Shown here: in pieces, positions 17,339-28,705 of the stretch
Position numbering within the stretch: position 1 is the stretch's first letter
Layout of the letters: every line of letters begins with the position of its first letter
Origin: Terriglobia bacterium
Lineage (GTDB): Bacteria; Acidobacteriota; Terriglobia; 2-12-FULL-54-10
Assembly (NCBI GenBank): GCA_963666975.2
Contig: CAXVYR010000003.1
Coordinates: 416,001-480,000 of the forward strand
Length of the DNA stretch: 64,000 bases
Direction of reading: 5' to 3'
The notes under the pieces: generated by a model
Seen by the model: the letters and a program-made list of their open reading frames with translations, nothing else
What the model was told of the DNA's origin: nothing
Databases searched by the model: none
Program-made: the position numbers and the translations under genes

Positions 17339-19546
17339 TCAGGCCGTCTCCGATTTAGAACGCGCTTGGGATTGGATTTCTCCCAGTAGCACATTCATGC
17401 GCGGCAGCAGGTGAAGAAGTCTTCCAAAGCGGGTTTCCAGGTAAAGCCGTGTGAAGTCGCAAACCAGGGGGGCCGCCGGTCCCGCTACAGAAGCAGCAAA
17501 TTCATTGGGAGTCTGGGCCGGAGCTTTTCGCTGTCCCCTGCGATCCAGGATACGGAGCAAGCGCAGGTAGGCAAGCGTGGCATCCTCCGGGCGCGACTTG
17601 CCTCGCTGGGATCGCCAGAGCATCCTCCGCTCCCGCACCCATCGCGACAGCTCTGCTCTCCTGTGGATGGCCAGCACTCCGAGCGTTCCCAGTCCGCACA
17701 GGAGCAGGATCATCCCTCCGTGCGGGAGGGAGCGTTCCGTGGCCTGCCGGACCCATCCCACCAGAGAGCGGTAGCGTTCGCGGAGGTAAGAGCGGGTGTC
17801 GGTAGTTGCCTGACGGGTGGTGCGCGCCATTTGCTGCGCCAGGGGCACTTGATGGTTCCAGAAATCGTAGTTGATGATCCATTCTTCCCAGAAGGTTTGG
17901 AAGGCGTCCAGATAGAAACCAAGCCGTCCGAGCCACAGCGTGCGGGTGGACCGGCCTTCGGGCGGGGTTGGATCGAAGCTCACCCAGCCGTAACTCGGAA
18001 AATAGACTTCGACCCAGGTATGGGCGTCGCTGGCCCGGACCGTGTATTTTCCGGAGACGTCGTTGAATCCACCCTGCAAGAATCCGTTCACCAGGCGGGC
18101 TGGAATCTCCAGAGTTCGGAGCATAACGGCCATGGAGGAGGCAAAGAACTCGCAATGTCCCCGGCGGGCCTCAAACAGGAAATAGGCCATCGGGTCCGCT
18201 GGCATTGCTGCAGGAAGGTCCAGCGTGTAACCGTAGTTTTCCTGCAGATAGCTCTCGATTGCCTTCGCCTTGTCATACACGGAAGGCTCCGCCTGTGTGA
18301 CCTCGCGGGCCATCTCTACTATCCGCGGGTCGGTGGGAGGCAATTGCAGATAGACTTCGCGCACGGAAGCAGGGAAGTCAAAGGAATCCGTGCGCAGCAA
18401 ATCAGGATGCGGTGTGGCAATGTCGGAGACGGCGTCGTAGCGCACCAGGTCGCGGCGGCGATAGCGCGCAAAGACGGAATCGGATTCATCCCGCCAAACT
18501 CTCCGAAAGGGGCCATCCAGCGAAAGCGGTTCAGCGGCCAGGAAAACGGCATCACTCGCAAGAGGTTGCAGGATCACTGTATAGGACAATTGCGCTGGAC
18601 GCTGGCCGGGGTAGGCAACCGGCTGCTCAAAACGGTAGGAGTAATCGCTCTGCGAGCGATACTTCCTTCGGCCGGAAATAAAGTCGGCGGCAACATTGCG
18701 ATTGGACCAGCGCCTGCCGTCAAAGGTGCTCAGGCCGACGCCGCGCCATTTGACGGCGTCGAACGGGGAAAGCCCCGGCGCTTCAATGTGCATCACGACG
18801 GAGGTGAGGCGTTTGATCTGTCCGATCTCTCCCAGTTCCACGTTATTGGAAAACCCTGAGATGAAATCGGTGCGGCGCGCCAGAGAACCGAGATACCCCC
18901 CGCTCCACCGGGGAATGACGAAAAACAAGATGGCCGACAGCACCACCGTTCCGCAGCAAATGACGAGCGAGGTGCTGCCGAGTGACGATACAAATAGGGC
19001 TCCCGGCTGGGCCTGCGCGGCGGAGGCGCCTGCACTGGCGGCGCGGTCGCGGGCACGCTTGATTTCAAAGCTCGTGAAGGTGGAGATAGCCAGCAGGAGA
19101 AATACCCCAAAGAAGAACAGAAACGATGTCTGGACGGTCAGGGTGGCGGCGGCCAGCATCTGCGCAAACGCCAGCACGGCCAGGTAAACATAATCCCTGG
19201 GGAGGCTCGCGGAGAACATCTTGATGACAGCGGCGAAGAAGATGAGGTGTATCGTGGCCAGGAGCAAACGCTCCAGAATGCTGTCGATCGCGCTCAGCAG
19301 GAACCAGAAATCAAAAAAATAGAACGGAATGTAGACCGCGGTAATTCGGGAGACAAACTGCGGCGACAGCCGGAAGCTGCTTTGCCGCCAAAGCAGGACA
19401 GCTCGGAGGGCAAGGGCCGCCCCCATCATGGAGACAGTGAAAAAGTCCATTTTCCCCGTGCCGGAGAGCGTCAAAAAGCCCACGGCCAGCAGGAAAAATA
19501 GCGAAAGCTCAAAATAGCGATCAATCGGGTCCTGGACAGAAGACAT
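17339..19546 (-). CDS. Membrane transglutaminase-like protein (DUF3488 + TGase + DUF4129, TgpA-like)
   Basis: GHCEFFAS, AHTWVEVYF, WVSFDPTP catalytic triad; N-terminal TM helices. Confidence 0.92.
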   Translation of the reverse strand: MSSVQDPIDRYFELSLFFLLAVGFLTLSGTGKMDFFTVSMMGAALALRAVLLWRQSSFRLSPQFVSRITAVYIPFYFFDFWFLLSAIDSILERLLLATIHLIFFAAVIKMFSASLPRDYVYLAVLAFAQMLAAATLTVQTSFLFFFGVFLLLAISTFTSFEIKRARDRAASAGASAAQAQPGALFVSSLGSTSLVICCGTVVLSAILFFVIPRWSGGYLGSLARRTDFISGFSNNVELGEIGQIKRLTSVVMHIEAPGLSPFDAVKWRGVGLSTFDGRRWSNRNVAADFISGRRKYRSQSDYSYRFEQPVAYPGQRPAQLSYTVILQPLASDAVFLAAEPLSLDGPFRRVWRDESDSVFARYRRRDLVRYDAVSDIATPHPDLLRTDSFDFPASVREVYLQLPPTDPRIVEMAREVTQAEPSVYDKAKAIESYLQENYGYTLDLPAAMPADPMAYFLFEARRGHCEFFASSMAVMLRTLEIPARLVNGFLQGGFNDVSGKYTVRASDAHTWVEVYFPSYGWVSFDPTPPEGRSTRTLWLGRLGFYLDAFQTFWEEWIINYDFWNHQVPLAQQMARTTRQATTDTRSYLRERYRSLVGWVRQATERSLPHGGMILLLCGLGTLGVLAIHRRAELSRWVRERRMLWRSQRGKSRPEDATLAYLRLLRILDRRGQRKAPAQTPNEFAASVAGPAAPLVCDFTRLYLETRFGRLLHLLPRMNVLLGEIQSQARSKSETA

Positions 19547-19695
19547 TCGGGTGCCGCAGTTTGTTTGAGTTTACTCGCCAGGGAAATGCGACTTGCGCAC
19601 AAGTTTCATTGTATCCCTGGGCACTCCTGGAGAGAATCGAAAAACGATGGAACGAATAGCAATGGCGTGCTACAGCGCAACCGGAGGCGTGGAGG

Positions 19696-19947
19696 CTAAT
19701 TCGCGCTCAGCTTCTGCTCCAGTTGCGCGAAGACCTCCGCCCGCAAGGAACTGTCGGGGTTGCTGACAAAAGTAACCCAGTGGAATTTCAGGATCAGAGG
19801 CCGTTCGACAAGCTGGGCCACTACCCCCAGGAATTGGCGGCTGGAGTCCACAAACACCCCCACAAATTGGAGTTCGGGGTTGTACTCCTTCAGGATGGGT
19901 TCAAGACGCTGGCGGATACGGGCTTTTCGTTCAGCACCCAGCAGCAT
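19696..19947 (-). CDS. Hypothetical protein
   Basis: GAGGTG RBS, protein-like 83-aa ORF. Confidence 0.6.
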   Translation of the reverse strand: MLLGAERKARIRQRLEPILKEYNPELQFVGVFVDSSRQFLGVVAQLVERPLILKFHWVTFVSNPDSSLRAEVFAQLEQKLSAN

Positions 19948-20200
19948 AGATCACCTCATTCAGCGTCCGTCTTCCCTCCAGCCGTAGGGAGGAAATTCAA
20001 TCCGGCGCAAGCTGGCCACTCTGCAAACGCGCCCGGTGAAGGGGCATTCTATCACGAACCATTATAAGCATAACCTCTGGTATCCGCAGCACTCAGGCTG
20101 TATATACTTGCATTGCATTTCTGTTACTCTGCGGTTACAGTAAGGCAGGCAGAGCAAGTGATGCGTCCCCATAAATGCGTTCTGGAAAAGTTGAATTGGC

Positions 20201-20902
20201 ATGATTCCTCTCCGGGATAACAATCCACGCCAAACCATGCCGATGGTTACCATCGCGCTCATTGTCGCCAACAGCCTGGTATTTTTGCGGGAATTGACTC
20301 TCGATGAGGCGAGCACAAGCCTGATGATTGGCAATCTTGGGCTGATTCCCTCCCGCACGGTGGCTTTTTTTTCGGGGGGGCCGGTGACGGTCTCGCAGGC
20401 GCTGGCTCCGTTTCTTACCTCCATGTTCCTGCATGGCGGTTGGATGCATCTGATCGGCAACATGTGGTTTCTCTGGATTTTCGGGGATAACGTCGAAGAT
20501 CGCGTCGGGCATATGCGCTTTGTGTTGCTTTATCTATGTTGCGGATTCGCGGGCTCACTGGCTCACATGCTTTCCAGCCCTGCATCCAGCGTCCCGACCG
20601 TGGGCGCCAGCGGAGCCATTGCCGGAGTGCTGGGCGCTTACCTCATCACCTATCCTCGCGCGAAGGTGCTGACCCTGATACCCATCTTCTTCTTTATTAC
20701 CACGGTAGAGATTCCCGCCTTCCTGTTTCTTTTCGGCTGGTTCGCGTACCAGTTTTTTTTCGGAGTAGTCTCGCTGGGGCCGGAGGGCCAAATGGGGGGC
20801 GGGGTAGCATGGTTTGCGCACATCGGCGGCTTTCTGGCGGGCGTCCCTTTGATGCTTTGGGCGCGCAGTGGCCGTCCTGCACGCGCTTCCACAGGAGCAT
20901 AG
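20201..20902 (+). CDS. Rhomboid intramembrane serine protease
   Basis: HLIGNM, GASGA, AHIGG motifs. Confidence 0.95.
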   Translation: MIPLRDNNPRQTMPMVTIALIVANSLVFLRELTLDEASTSLMIGNLGLIPSRTVAFFSGGPVTVSQALAPFLTSMFLHGGWMHLIGNMWFLWIFGDNVEDRVGHMRFVLLYLCCGFAGSLAHMLSSPASSVPTVGASGAIAGVLGAYLITYPRAKVLTLIPIFFFITTVEIPAFLFLFGWFAYQFFFGVVSLGPEGQMGGGVAWFAHIGGFLAGVPLMLWARSGRPARASTGA

Positions 20903-21162
20903 TGGACCCCGCTGCCGCAGAAGTTTTGTTGTACACGCGCTCTCAATGCTGCCTCTGCGACCAAGCCAAGCAACAACTGCGCGAGTTGCAAGAACAAGCT
21001 CGCTTTCAGTACCAGGAAGTCGATATCGACCAGGATACGGAACTGCGGCAACGCTACAACGAGGAAGTGCCCGTCGTCTTTATCCACGGGAAAAAAGCGT
21101 TCAAATACCGAATCGATCCCCGCCAGTTTCTCAAGCGCTTGCAGGCCGGACGGCAGTCTTGA
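20902..21162 (+). CDS. Glutaredoxin-like protein (DUF836)
   Basis: YTRSQCCLCD, VDID, VPVVFIHG; GTG start after AGGAG. Confidence 0.88.
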   Translation: MDPAAAEVLLYTRSQCCLCDQAKQQLRELQEQARFQYQEVDIDQDTELRQRYNEEVPVVFIHGKKAFKYRIDPRQFLKRLQAGRQS

Positions 21163-21215
21163 AATTCGCCTATTGACGAGATTGCCCAAGGTCGGCAAGA
21201 ATTGCTGGCAAATTC

Positions 21216-23224
21216 ATGACAGAACTTATTTGGGATGGGAAGTATCGGGAGACGCCGCAGGGAAAGCAGAAAGTCGCGCCGGTGCGGATTGCGTTGCCGT
21301 TTCAGACCATTGAAACGGTTAATGAGAGCGCACAGGACCGGCAGAGGTCGCTGGAACTATTTGCCACGGGCCGGGAGACCGAGTGGCGCAACCGGCTCAT
21401 CTGGGGCGACAAGAAATACGTCCTGCCCAGCTTGCTCCCGGAGTTTGCCGGGAAAGTAAACCTAATCTACATTGACCCCCCTTTGATACCGGAGCGGACT
21501 TTTCATTCACCGCAACGGTTCCAGACCTCCCGGAAACTACTGATGACGAAACCACTCCTTTTGTGAAAGAAGCTTCCATCCTGGAGCAAAAAGCGTATCG
21601 GGACACTTGGGGGCGGGGTCTTGATTCTTACTTGGAATGGTTTTATGAAACGGCAGTTTTGTTGCGAGAAATGTTGGCCGAGAGTGGGAGTATTTACGTG
21701 CACCTCGATTGGCACGTCGGACATTACGCGAAGACGATCCTGGATGAGGTCTTCGGGAGCGAACAATTCCGAAATGAAATAATCTGGCAGCGATTCAATT
21801 TCCACGCTGATGCACAGCGTTTCGGTATCGTCCATGAAACAATTTACTTCTATTCAAAGACCGAGAATTACGTATTTAACAAACAGACTATTTCCTTCAA
21901 AGACGCCTACATCAAAAGCCACTTTACGGGACGCGACCCTGATGACCGGATTTATCGGTTAGATAACGTCACTGCACCTGCACACGGAAAGTCGGGTAAG
22001 CCTCTTAAGTTCGCGGGAAAGCTTTTGTCACCACCACCCGGTTCGATGTGGCGATTCAAGCAAGAAAATATCGACAGAATGTTAGAGGAGGGGCGTATTG
22101 TGTTCACGAAGACGGGGATGCCCGCCGTGAAACGCTACCTTGATGAGTTGGAGGGAAGCACAGTTCACACCCTCTGGACCGACATTAAGCCCGTTAACTC
22201 TCAGTCGTTCGAACGTCTCAATTACAACACCCAAAAGCCGGAAGCCTTGCTTGAACGAATTTTAAGAGCCTCTTCTAATCAAAAGGACCTCGTTCTCGAC
22301 TGTTTTATCGGGAGCGGCACAACGGTGGCGGTTGCTGAAAAATTGAACCGCCGCTGGATTGCTTGTGACTTAGGCCGGTTCGCAATCCACACTACACGCA
22401 AGCGGCTGCTAGGCATCCCTAACGTGAAACCGTTTGTCGTCCAGAATCTCGGAAAATACGAGCGGCAGACGTGGCAGGTAGCTGAATTTCCGGCAAATGG
22501 CAAAGACCGGATCGAAGAGCAACGAGAACGCGATTCTGCCTACCGCAAGTTCATCTTGGACCTCTACCACGCCACACCGATCACGGGCAAAACTTGGTTA
22601 CACGGCACCAAGGCCGGGCGGATGGTGCATGTGGGGGCGGTAGATGCTCCCGTCACATTGGCCGACGTAAAGGCAATTGCTGCCGAAGTCTGGAAAGCCG
22701 TAGGCACCGGCAAAGACTCGCCGAGCAAGGCTGCCGTGGACATCCTGGGCTGGGAGTTTGCTTTCGAGGTAAACGAACCCGGCAAGCAATTGGCTGCCGA
22801 ATCCCGCGTGGCGGTAGCTTTCAAGAAAATCCCGCGTGAGGTCCTGGAAAAGAAAGCCGTGGAGCAAGGCGACGTTCAATTCTTCGAGTTGGGCGCGCTC
22901 ACCGTGGACGTAAAGCGATCTGGCCGGACCGTCAAACTCAAGCTCAAGGATTTTGTAATTCCTCTGGATGACGTGCCGGAAGAGGCGCGAAAGGCCATCA
23001 AGCATTGGAGCCAGATGATTGACTATTGGGCTGTGGACTGGGATTACAAGGAGGACACCTTCCACAACCAGTGGCAGAGCTACCGCACGCGAAAAGAACC
23101 CAACCGCCTGGAACTGGAAGCCTCTTACACTTACCCGGAACCGGGCAAGTATATGGTAGTAGTGAAGGTGATTGATCTGTTAGGAAACGACACGACAAAA
23201 ACGCTGGAAGTCGCAGTTCGATAA
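21216..23224 (+). CDS. mod: Type III R-M methyltransferase (Mod), frameshifted at the C6 tract 21476-21481
   Basis: LIYIDPP(F) motif IV, TQKPEALL, DCFIGSGTT motif I. Adding one nucleotide joins ORFs 21216-21566 and 21563-23224 as DPPFDTGADF. Confidence 0.85.
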
Positions 23225-23227
23225 AAC

Positions 23228-25807
23228 ATGCCCCGCAGAAGAAAACAAGCGGATTCACCCGCCCAAACCGAACTTTTGGACGTAACGTCCCGTTTGCGGA
23301 CCGGGCCTTGTGTCCCTGCCTTGCGGGAAGCCGTGAAAGCATGGCAGGCAGGCGGCTACAAGGGGACTACGGACACAACGCGAGAGCTTTTGAATTATTG
23401 GTTCCGCACAGACCATCGTTTGCCGAGCGGGACGGTGTTCAAATATCACAAATCCCAGCAGGAAGCTATTGAAACCCTGATATTCGTCTGGGAATTTGAA
23501 AAGGTCCGAACCCGCAAAGGGTTGCTCGAACGCTATGCCCAAAGCCTGAAGGGTGTGCGTTTGCCGCCTTATGATGAATTCTCCCGCTATTGCATAAAGA
23601 TGGCAACGGGCAGCGGTAAGACCAAGGTAATGGCCCTGGCTGTGGCGTGGCAATTCTTGAATGCCCAGCGGGAGCCAGAGGAAATCTCCAAAGATTACGC
23701 CAAGACAATTTTGCTCATAGCCCCCAATGTGATTGTTTTCGAGCGACTGAAGTCAGATTTTGACGGGGGGCACATTTTTCGCGCCGATCCTGTAATTCCC
23801 AAACATTTGGAAATCTTTTGGGATTTTGATTGCGTATTGCGCGGAGCGGGCGAAAGAGCGCATGCCGAAGGCACCTTGTTTCTCACGAACATTCAGCAAT
23901 TGTATGACCGCCCGGACCGCTCCGCGGACGGAGAGCCGGAAGAGATGACGGCGGTTTTGGGATCAAAGCCGCCTGCCAAAAAGCTACAGCTCACCGATTT
24001 TACTGACCGGATCGCGCTCCGTGCCGGACACTTGATGGTTATTAACGACGAAGCGCACCATACACACGACGAAAAAAACGAATGGAACAAGGTGATCCGT
24101 GACCTTCACCAGCAAACGGCGCTCTGCGCCCAACTGGATTTCTCGGCGACTCCCCGGTATCAGAAAGGCGCAATCTTTCCCTGGACGATTTTCGACTACC
24201 CACTCAAGCAGGCAATAGTTGACGGCATCGTAAAGCGCCCCGTAAAGGGTATTGCCAGAATCAATGAGGCCAAGTCCACTATCGCAAGTGTGAGATACCG
24301 CCCCTATCTTGCGGCTGCCGTAGAACGATGGCGAGAATACCGAAAACAAATGGCGGCATTGAAAAAGAATCCCATCCTGTTTCTTATGCTGAACAGCACA
24401 GACGAGGCAGAGGACGTGGGGGCTTGGTTGAGGGAAACATATCCGGAAGATTTTGGGGGCGAAAAAACGCAAATCATCCATACCGATAAGTCGGGCGAGG
24501 TTAGCAAAAAGGATTTAGATAAGGCACGCGATGCGGTGCGGAAGGTGGACCAACAAGCAAGCACTATCAATGCCATCGTCAGCGTCCTAATGCTGCGAGA
24601 AGGCTGGGACGTGCAAAACGTGACCGTAGTAGTGGGGTTGCGCCCTTACACGGCCAAGGCGAACATATTGCCGGAACAGACCATAGGCAGGGGCCTACGC
24701 CTCATGTTTCGGGACATGATGGTGGGATATACCGAACGAGTGGACATCATCGGCAATCAGGCGTTCTTGAATTTTGTTGAGGACCTGGAAAAGCTGGAAG
24801 ACTTGAAGCTGGACACCTTTGAACTGGGCAAGGAGAAGCTTCAAATTGTTACAGTCATGCCGCTCGAAGAGCGGAAGGAATTCGACATTGGGCTTCCCCT
24901 GCTGTCCCCGACGCTTGTCAGGAAAAAGAGCCTTGCAGAAGAAATCGCTGAATTGAACGTAATGGCCTTCTCTACTATTGTCTTGCCATTTACGGAGAAA
25001 GACCGGGCGGCTAACACATTCCGGTATGAGGGTTACGATCTCATCACCCTGGAAAAGTTGATTGAACGCGAATATCAGGTGCCGGAACCCCAGACAGCCC
25101 AAGAAATAATTGGCTATTACGCCCGGCGAATTGCCGAAGCAGTTAAGCTGCCCTCACAGTTTGCTGTGTTGGCTCCTAAAGTCAGGGAATTCTTCGAGCA
25201 CAAGGCATTCGGTCGGCTAGTGGATTTAGAGGACCCTTTAACGATCAAGGCAATGAGCACCCCTGTTGCCCACTACGTTTGTGTGGACGTGTTTTCCAAG
25301 GCATTGCGGGAGGTGAGCATAGCAGAACAAGAGCCGCAATTGCTGGAACCGGCCCGGATGCTTTCCACCACTCAGCCTTTCCCGTGGTCACGGCCAGTGT
25401 GGGAGGGCCGACGTTGCATATTTAACCTAGTGGCGTGCGACAACGATTTTGAGCGGGAGTTTGCAAAATTCCTGGATGGTGCGCCCGATGTAAAGGCTTT
25501 CTCCAAGTTGCCTCAGACCTTTGGATTTGCCATTGAGTACACGGACGGGGCAGCGAATCTCCGAGCCTACTATCCCGATTTCGTGGCGGAGGCAGAGGAC
25601 GGCACCCATTGGATTTTAGAAACCAAAGGGCAGGAGAGCGCGGAGGTATTGCATAAAGACCGGGCTGCCAGCCAGTGGTGCGAAAACGCAACTGCCCTAA
25701 CGAAAACGACCTGGAAATACTTGAAGGTGCCCCAGAAAGAATTCGCGGGTTTGCAGCCGGGCTCGCTGGAGGATCTCAAGGTGTTTCAGAGCCCTCTGGC
25801 GGAATGA
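23228..25807 (+). CDS. res: Type III restriction subunit (SF2 helicase + PD-(D/E)XK nuclease)
   Basis: MATGSGKT, DEAHH, SAT, LREGWD, QTIGRGLR, YYPDF...ETKG. Confidence 0.92.
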   Translation: MPRRRKQADSPAQTELLDVTSRLRTGPCVPALREAVKAWQAGGYKGTTDTTRELLNYWFRTDHRLPSGTVFKYHKSQQEAIETLIFVWEFEKVRTRKGLLERYAQSLKGVRLPPYDEFSRYCIKMATGSGKTKVMALAVAWQFLNAQREPEEISKDYAKTILLIAPNVIVFERLKSDFDGGHIFRADPVIPKHLEIFWDFDCVLRGAGERAHAEGTLFLTNIQQLYDRPDRSADGEPEEMTAVLGSKPPAKKLQLTDFTDRIALRAGHLMVINDEAHHTHDEKNEWNKVIRDLHQQTALCAQLDFSATPRYQKGAIFPWTIFDYPLKQAIVDGIVKRPVKGIARINEAKSTIASVRYRPYLAAAVERWREYRKQMAALKKNPILFLMLNSTDEAEDVGAWLRETYPEDFGGEKTQIIHTDKSGEVSKKDLDKARDAVRKVDQQASTINAIVSVLMLREGWDVQNVTVVVGLRPYTAKANILPEQTIGRGLRLMFRDMMVGYTERVDIIGNQAFLNFVEDLEKLEDLKLDTFELGKEKLQIVTVMPLEERKEFDIGLPLLSPTLVRKKSLAEEIAELNVMAFSTIVLPFTEKDRAANTFRYEGYDLITLEKLIEREYQVPEPQTAQEIIGYYARRIAEAVKLPSQFAVLAPKVREFFEHKAFGRLVDLEDPLTIKAMSTPVAHYVCVDVFSKALREVSIAEQEPQLLEPARMLSTTQPFPWSRPVWEGRRCIFNLVACDNDFEREFAKFLDGAPDVKAFSKLPQTFGFAIEYTDGAANLRAYYPDFVAEAEDGTHWILETKGQESAEVLHKDRAASQWCENATALTKTTWKYLKVPQKEFAGLQPGSLEDLKVFQSPLAE

Positions 25808-25835
25808 AGGTGCGGGACTGGTCGTATTCCCGGAC

Positions 25836-26480
25836 TTAACCGGCAGGCGTGTTTTCGTCCTCTTCCCGGGCCCGATGCTTCCAGTGCAGCCAAAGATAGG
25901 CTGCTATTCCCATTAGCAGCAGCACTCCGATGAGATAATCGAACCGGTGGAAGTACACACGCAGCGTCGGCCAGTGTTCGCCCATCTTGTAGCCTGCATA
26001 GGCAAGTCCCAGGCACCAGGGGAAGGATCCCAGGAAGGTATATATGTTGAATTTCCAGAAGTTCATTCGGACTATGCCGGCCGGCAGCGCGATGAACGTC
26101 CGGATCACCGGCAGCAGGCGGCTGAAGAAGACCGTCCATTCGCCGTATTTTTCAAACCACCGGTCGGCCCACTCAATCTCCCGGCGGGAGATCAGAAAGT
26201 ATTTCCCATAGCGAAGTAGCAGGGGACGGCCTCCGCGCGCTCCCGCATAGTAGGCGACAATAGAGCCGACGTTGCATCCCAGCGCTCCCATTGTGGCTAC
26301 CCACCAGAGATTGAAGCGCCCGGTCGAAACCAAATAGCCGGAAAAGGGAAGGATCACCTCGGAGGGCAGGGGAATGCAGGCGCTCTCAATGGCCATCAGC
26401 AACACGATTCCGGGGTAGCCCATGGCGGAAATCACGGAAATGATAAAGGAACTGAGGAGGGTGAGAATCGATGCAATCAT
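25836..26480 (-). CDS. DedA family membrane protein
   Basis: ESACIPLPSE, SRLLPVIRTFIALPAG. Confidence 0.95.
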   Translation of the reverse strand: MIASILTLLSSFIISVISAMGYPGIVLLMAIESACIPLPSEVILPFSGYLVSTGRFNLWWVATMGALGCNVGSIVAYYAGARGGRPLLLRYGKYFLISRREIEWADRWFEKYGEWTVFFSRLLPVIRTFIALPAGIVRMNFWKFNIYTFLGSFPWCLGLAYAGYKMGEHWPTLRVYFHRFDYLIGVLLLMGIAAYLWLHWKHRAREEDENTPAG

Positions 26481-26492
26481 AGAGGAGGGCAG

Positions 26493-26708
26493 CTAGAGGG
26501 TCTGCGCATCCTGCGTATTGGTAAACCCGGGCAGCAACCTGGCGTCGCCTGATTTTTGAACTTTAATCCGCAACCGCTCCTCCCCGCCGATTTTTAGCAG
26601 GACTGCATAGGTGGCAAAAACTTCGCTATAAATCTTTGTGATTAGGTAGGTTTCATCGGTGCCGTCTTTTTTCCATACCTGCCCTAGCAAGATTTTTTGT
26701 GAAGCCAA
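26493..26708 (-). CDS. Small hypothetical protein
   Basis: TTG start after GGAGG; MASQKILLGQVWKK...LPGFTNTQD. Confidence 0.65.
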   Translation of the reverse strand: MASQKILLGQVWKKDGTDETYLITKIYSEVFATYAVLLKIGGEERLRIKVQKSGDARLLPGFTNTQDAQTL

Positions 26709-27058
26709 TATTCCCTCCCGGCAGTCTGGATAACTTTTTCCATCGGCTACTTTACTACAGTTGAGCAGCAAATGCACACGCTCCCGGGTAGTCCTCCTGG
26801 TTTTCTTCTGACACACAAAAATCTCTCGAGCGAGATTATTGGGCATCCAAATCCCCGCTGACCGCCTCTAATTTATAGGGCATGGCAAACGGGAAGCAGG
26901 CAAGTGGTGGGAATGCCTCCCTGGAGCGCAATTTTTTTGCAACTTCCTGAGCCCCAGTGAGTTTAATATATAGGGGAGCAATAACTCAGGTTTCCAGTTG
27001 CAGAAATTGGGGTTATAATAATCCCATTAGCCAGAAGTGCCGGGCGAGGAGTCGCGTG

Positions 27059-28084
27059 ATGATAAAACAAAGAGCAAAGGAACTTCTGCTTGTGTTGTTG
27101 TTGATCGGGATTGGCGCTTACCCGATGGCGGCGGCCGACAACGACAAGAAGAAGAAACCCAAAGATGACGTTGAGGCGATCGGAGATCGGGACGTAGGCA
27201 AGGGGATGAATTTTTATTCGCTCGAGAAGGAAATCGCCCTCGGCAAGTCTCTGGCGCAGCAGGTGGAGCAGCAGTCCAGACTGGTGCAAGACCCGGTTGT
27301 GACGGAGTATGTGAACCGTGTTGGCCAAAACCTGGTTCGCAACTCGGATGCACGGGTGCCGTTCACCATCAAAGTCATCGACTCCGATGATATCAACGCG
27401 TTTGCGCTGCCGGGAGGGTTTTTCTTTGTCAATTCGGGGTTGATCCTGGCCACGGAATCGGAGGCTGAGTTGGCCGGTGTCATGGCCCATGAAATCGCCC
27501 ACGTTGCCGCGCGGCACGGAACAAAAAATGCCAGCAAGGCGCAATTAACGAACTATCTGACGATCCCCCTGATTTTTCTCGGCGGACCCATCGGATTTGG
27601 GGTGCGCTCAGCGGCGGGTCTGCTGATCCCGATGAAGTTCCTGCAATTTAACCGGGGCGCAGAGCGCGAAGCCGATTTCCTTGGATTACAGTATCACTAC
27701 AAGACAGGCTACGACCCGCAGGGTTTCGTGGAATTTTTCGAGAAAATTCAAGCCCGGGAAAAGACAAGGCCTGGTACGCTGGCCAAAGCCTTTTCCACGC
27801 ATCCTTTAACGCCTGACCGCATTATCGCTGCACAGAAAGAGATCAGCGAAATTCTTCCGGCCCGGCCGGAATATGTGGTGACAACGTCGGAATACGACAA
27901 AGTAGTGGCGCGCCTCCAGGTCCTGCACGACCGGGGCCGCGTGGAAGACGCAGAGGAAGACGGACGGCCGACCTTGCGCAGGTCCAGAAAGCGGGCGCCG
28001 CAGGCGAGTGAAGACACTGAGGGGCGGGAAGGCTCCGAAGACGCCGAAGATGAAGACGCGCGGCCGACTCTGCGAAGACGCTAG
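27059..28084 (+). CDS. M48 family metallopeptidase (BepA/YfgC-like), exported
   Basis: Signal peptide, NAFALPGG, HEIAH, EREAD, STHP. Confidence 0.93.
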   Translation: MIKQRAKELLLVLLLIGIGAYPMAAADNDKKKKPKDDVEAIGDRDVGKGMNFYSLEKEIALGKSLAQQVEQQSRLVQDPVVTEYVNRVGQNLVRNSDARVPFTIKVIDSDDINAFALPGGFFFVNSGLILATESEAELAGVMAHEIAHVAARHGTKNASKAQLTNYLTIPLIFLGGPIGFGVRSAAGLLIPMKFLQFNRGAEREADFLGLQYHYKTGYDPQGFVEFFEKIQAREKTRPGTLAKAFSTHPLTPDRIIAAQKEISEILPARPEYVVTTSEYDKVVARLQVLHDRGRVEDAEEDGRPTLRRSRKRAPQASEDTEGREGSEDAEDEDARPTLRRR

Positions 28085-28123
28085 CCGGCATGGGCTGGCG
28101 TCTTTGTGTGAGATAATACCGTG

Positions 28124-28705
28124 TCAGACCACGCCGTGCTTTCGCATTTCTTCGGAATAGTACTTCCGAAAGAGGATGTCCCATTCGGCGCTGCCCTCTA
28201 AAATTTCCCGTTTCTGTGAAAGTATCTTCTGGCGGGCGCTCTGGTCCACCTGATTCTCTGCTTTGAGCAGTTCTTGAATCTGCCGGACGATCTCCAGCCG
28301 GACCTCGTTCTTTTCCTCCAGCATCTCGATCTGCAGGGTCATGTTCGTCATGTTTTTAAGGAGAGTGTGTGAGAGCTCGATCACCTTGTCGCGGGATATC
28401 TTGCCGCCGTCCTTTTCACGCCCGCTCATAGGAACGAACCGGTATTTCTTCATGAGTTCCTTTTTTATGAGCTTGTACATCTCCTGGTAAGAGGCTGCCG
28501 TGCGGCGCATCTCTTCGCTGTATTTTTCTAAATAATCCCGGACCTCCTGGTTCAAGCGCTCTTCCTTGGCGAATTCATCAAGAATGATCTGGTTGATCTT
28601 CTCAGTAACCTGCTCCTTGTTGTGGAGCTTGACTTTGCCTGATTTCTCCATCCGAACAGGCATCTCGGCAGATAAATAAGCCACAAACTCTCTGGGAAGC
28701 GCCAT
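28124..28705 (-). CDS. DUF507 family protein (two tandem domains)
   Basis: EERLNQEVR...YQEMYKLIKKEL and ISRDKV...EGSAEWDILFRKYYSEE. Confidence 0.8.
   Translation of the reverse strand: MALPREFVAYLSAEMPVRMEKSGKVKLHNKEQVTEKINQIILDEFAKEERLNQEVRDYLEKYSEEMRRTAASYQEMYKLIKKELMKKYRFVPMSGREKDGGKISRDKVIELSHTLLKNMTNMTLQIEMLEEKNEVRLEIVRQIQELLKAENQVDQSARQKILSQKREILEGSAEWDILFRKYYSEEMRKHGVV

Noticed and set aside
19578-19620. Hairpin upstream of the transglutaminase gene
   Set aside because: A single imperfect stem with no T-tract and no second copy seen; no function can be supported.
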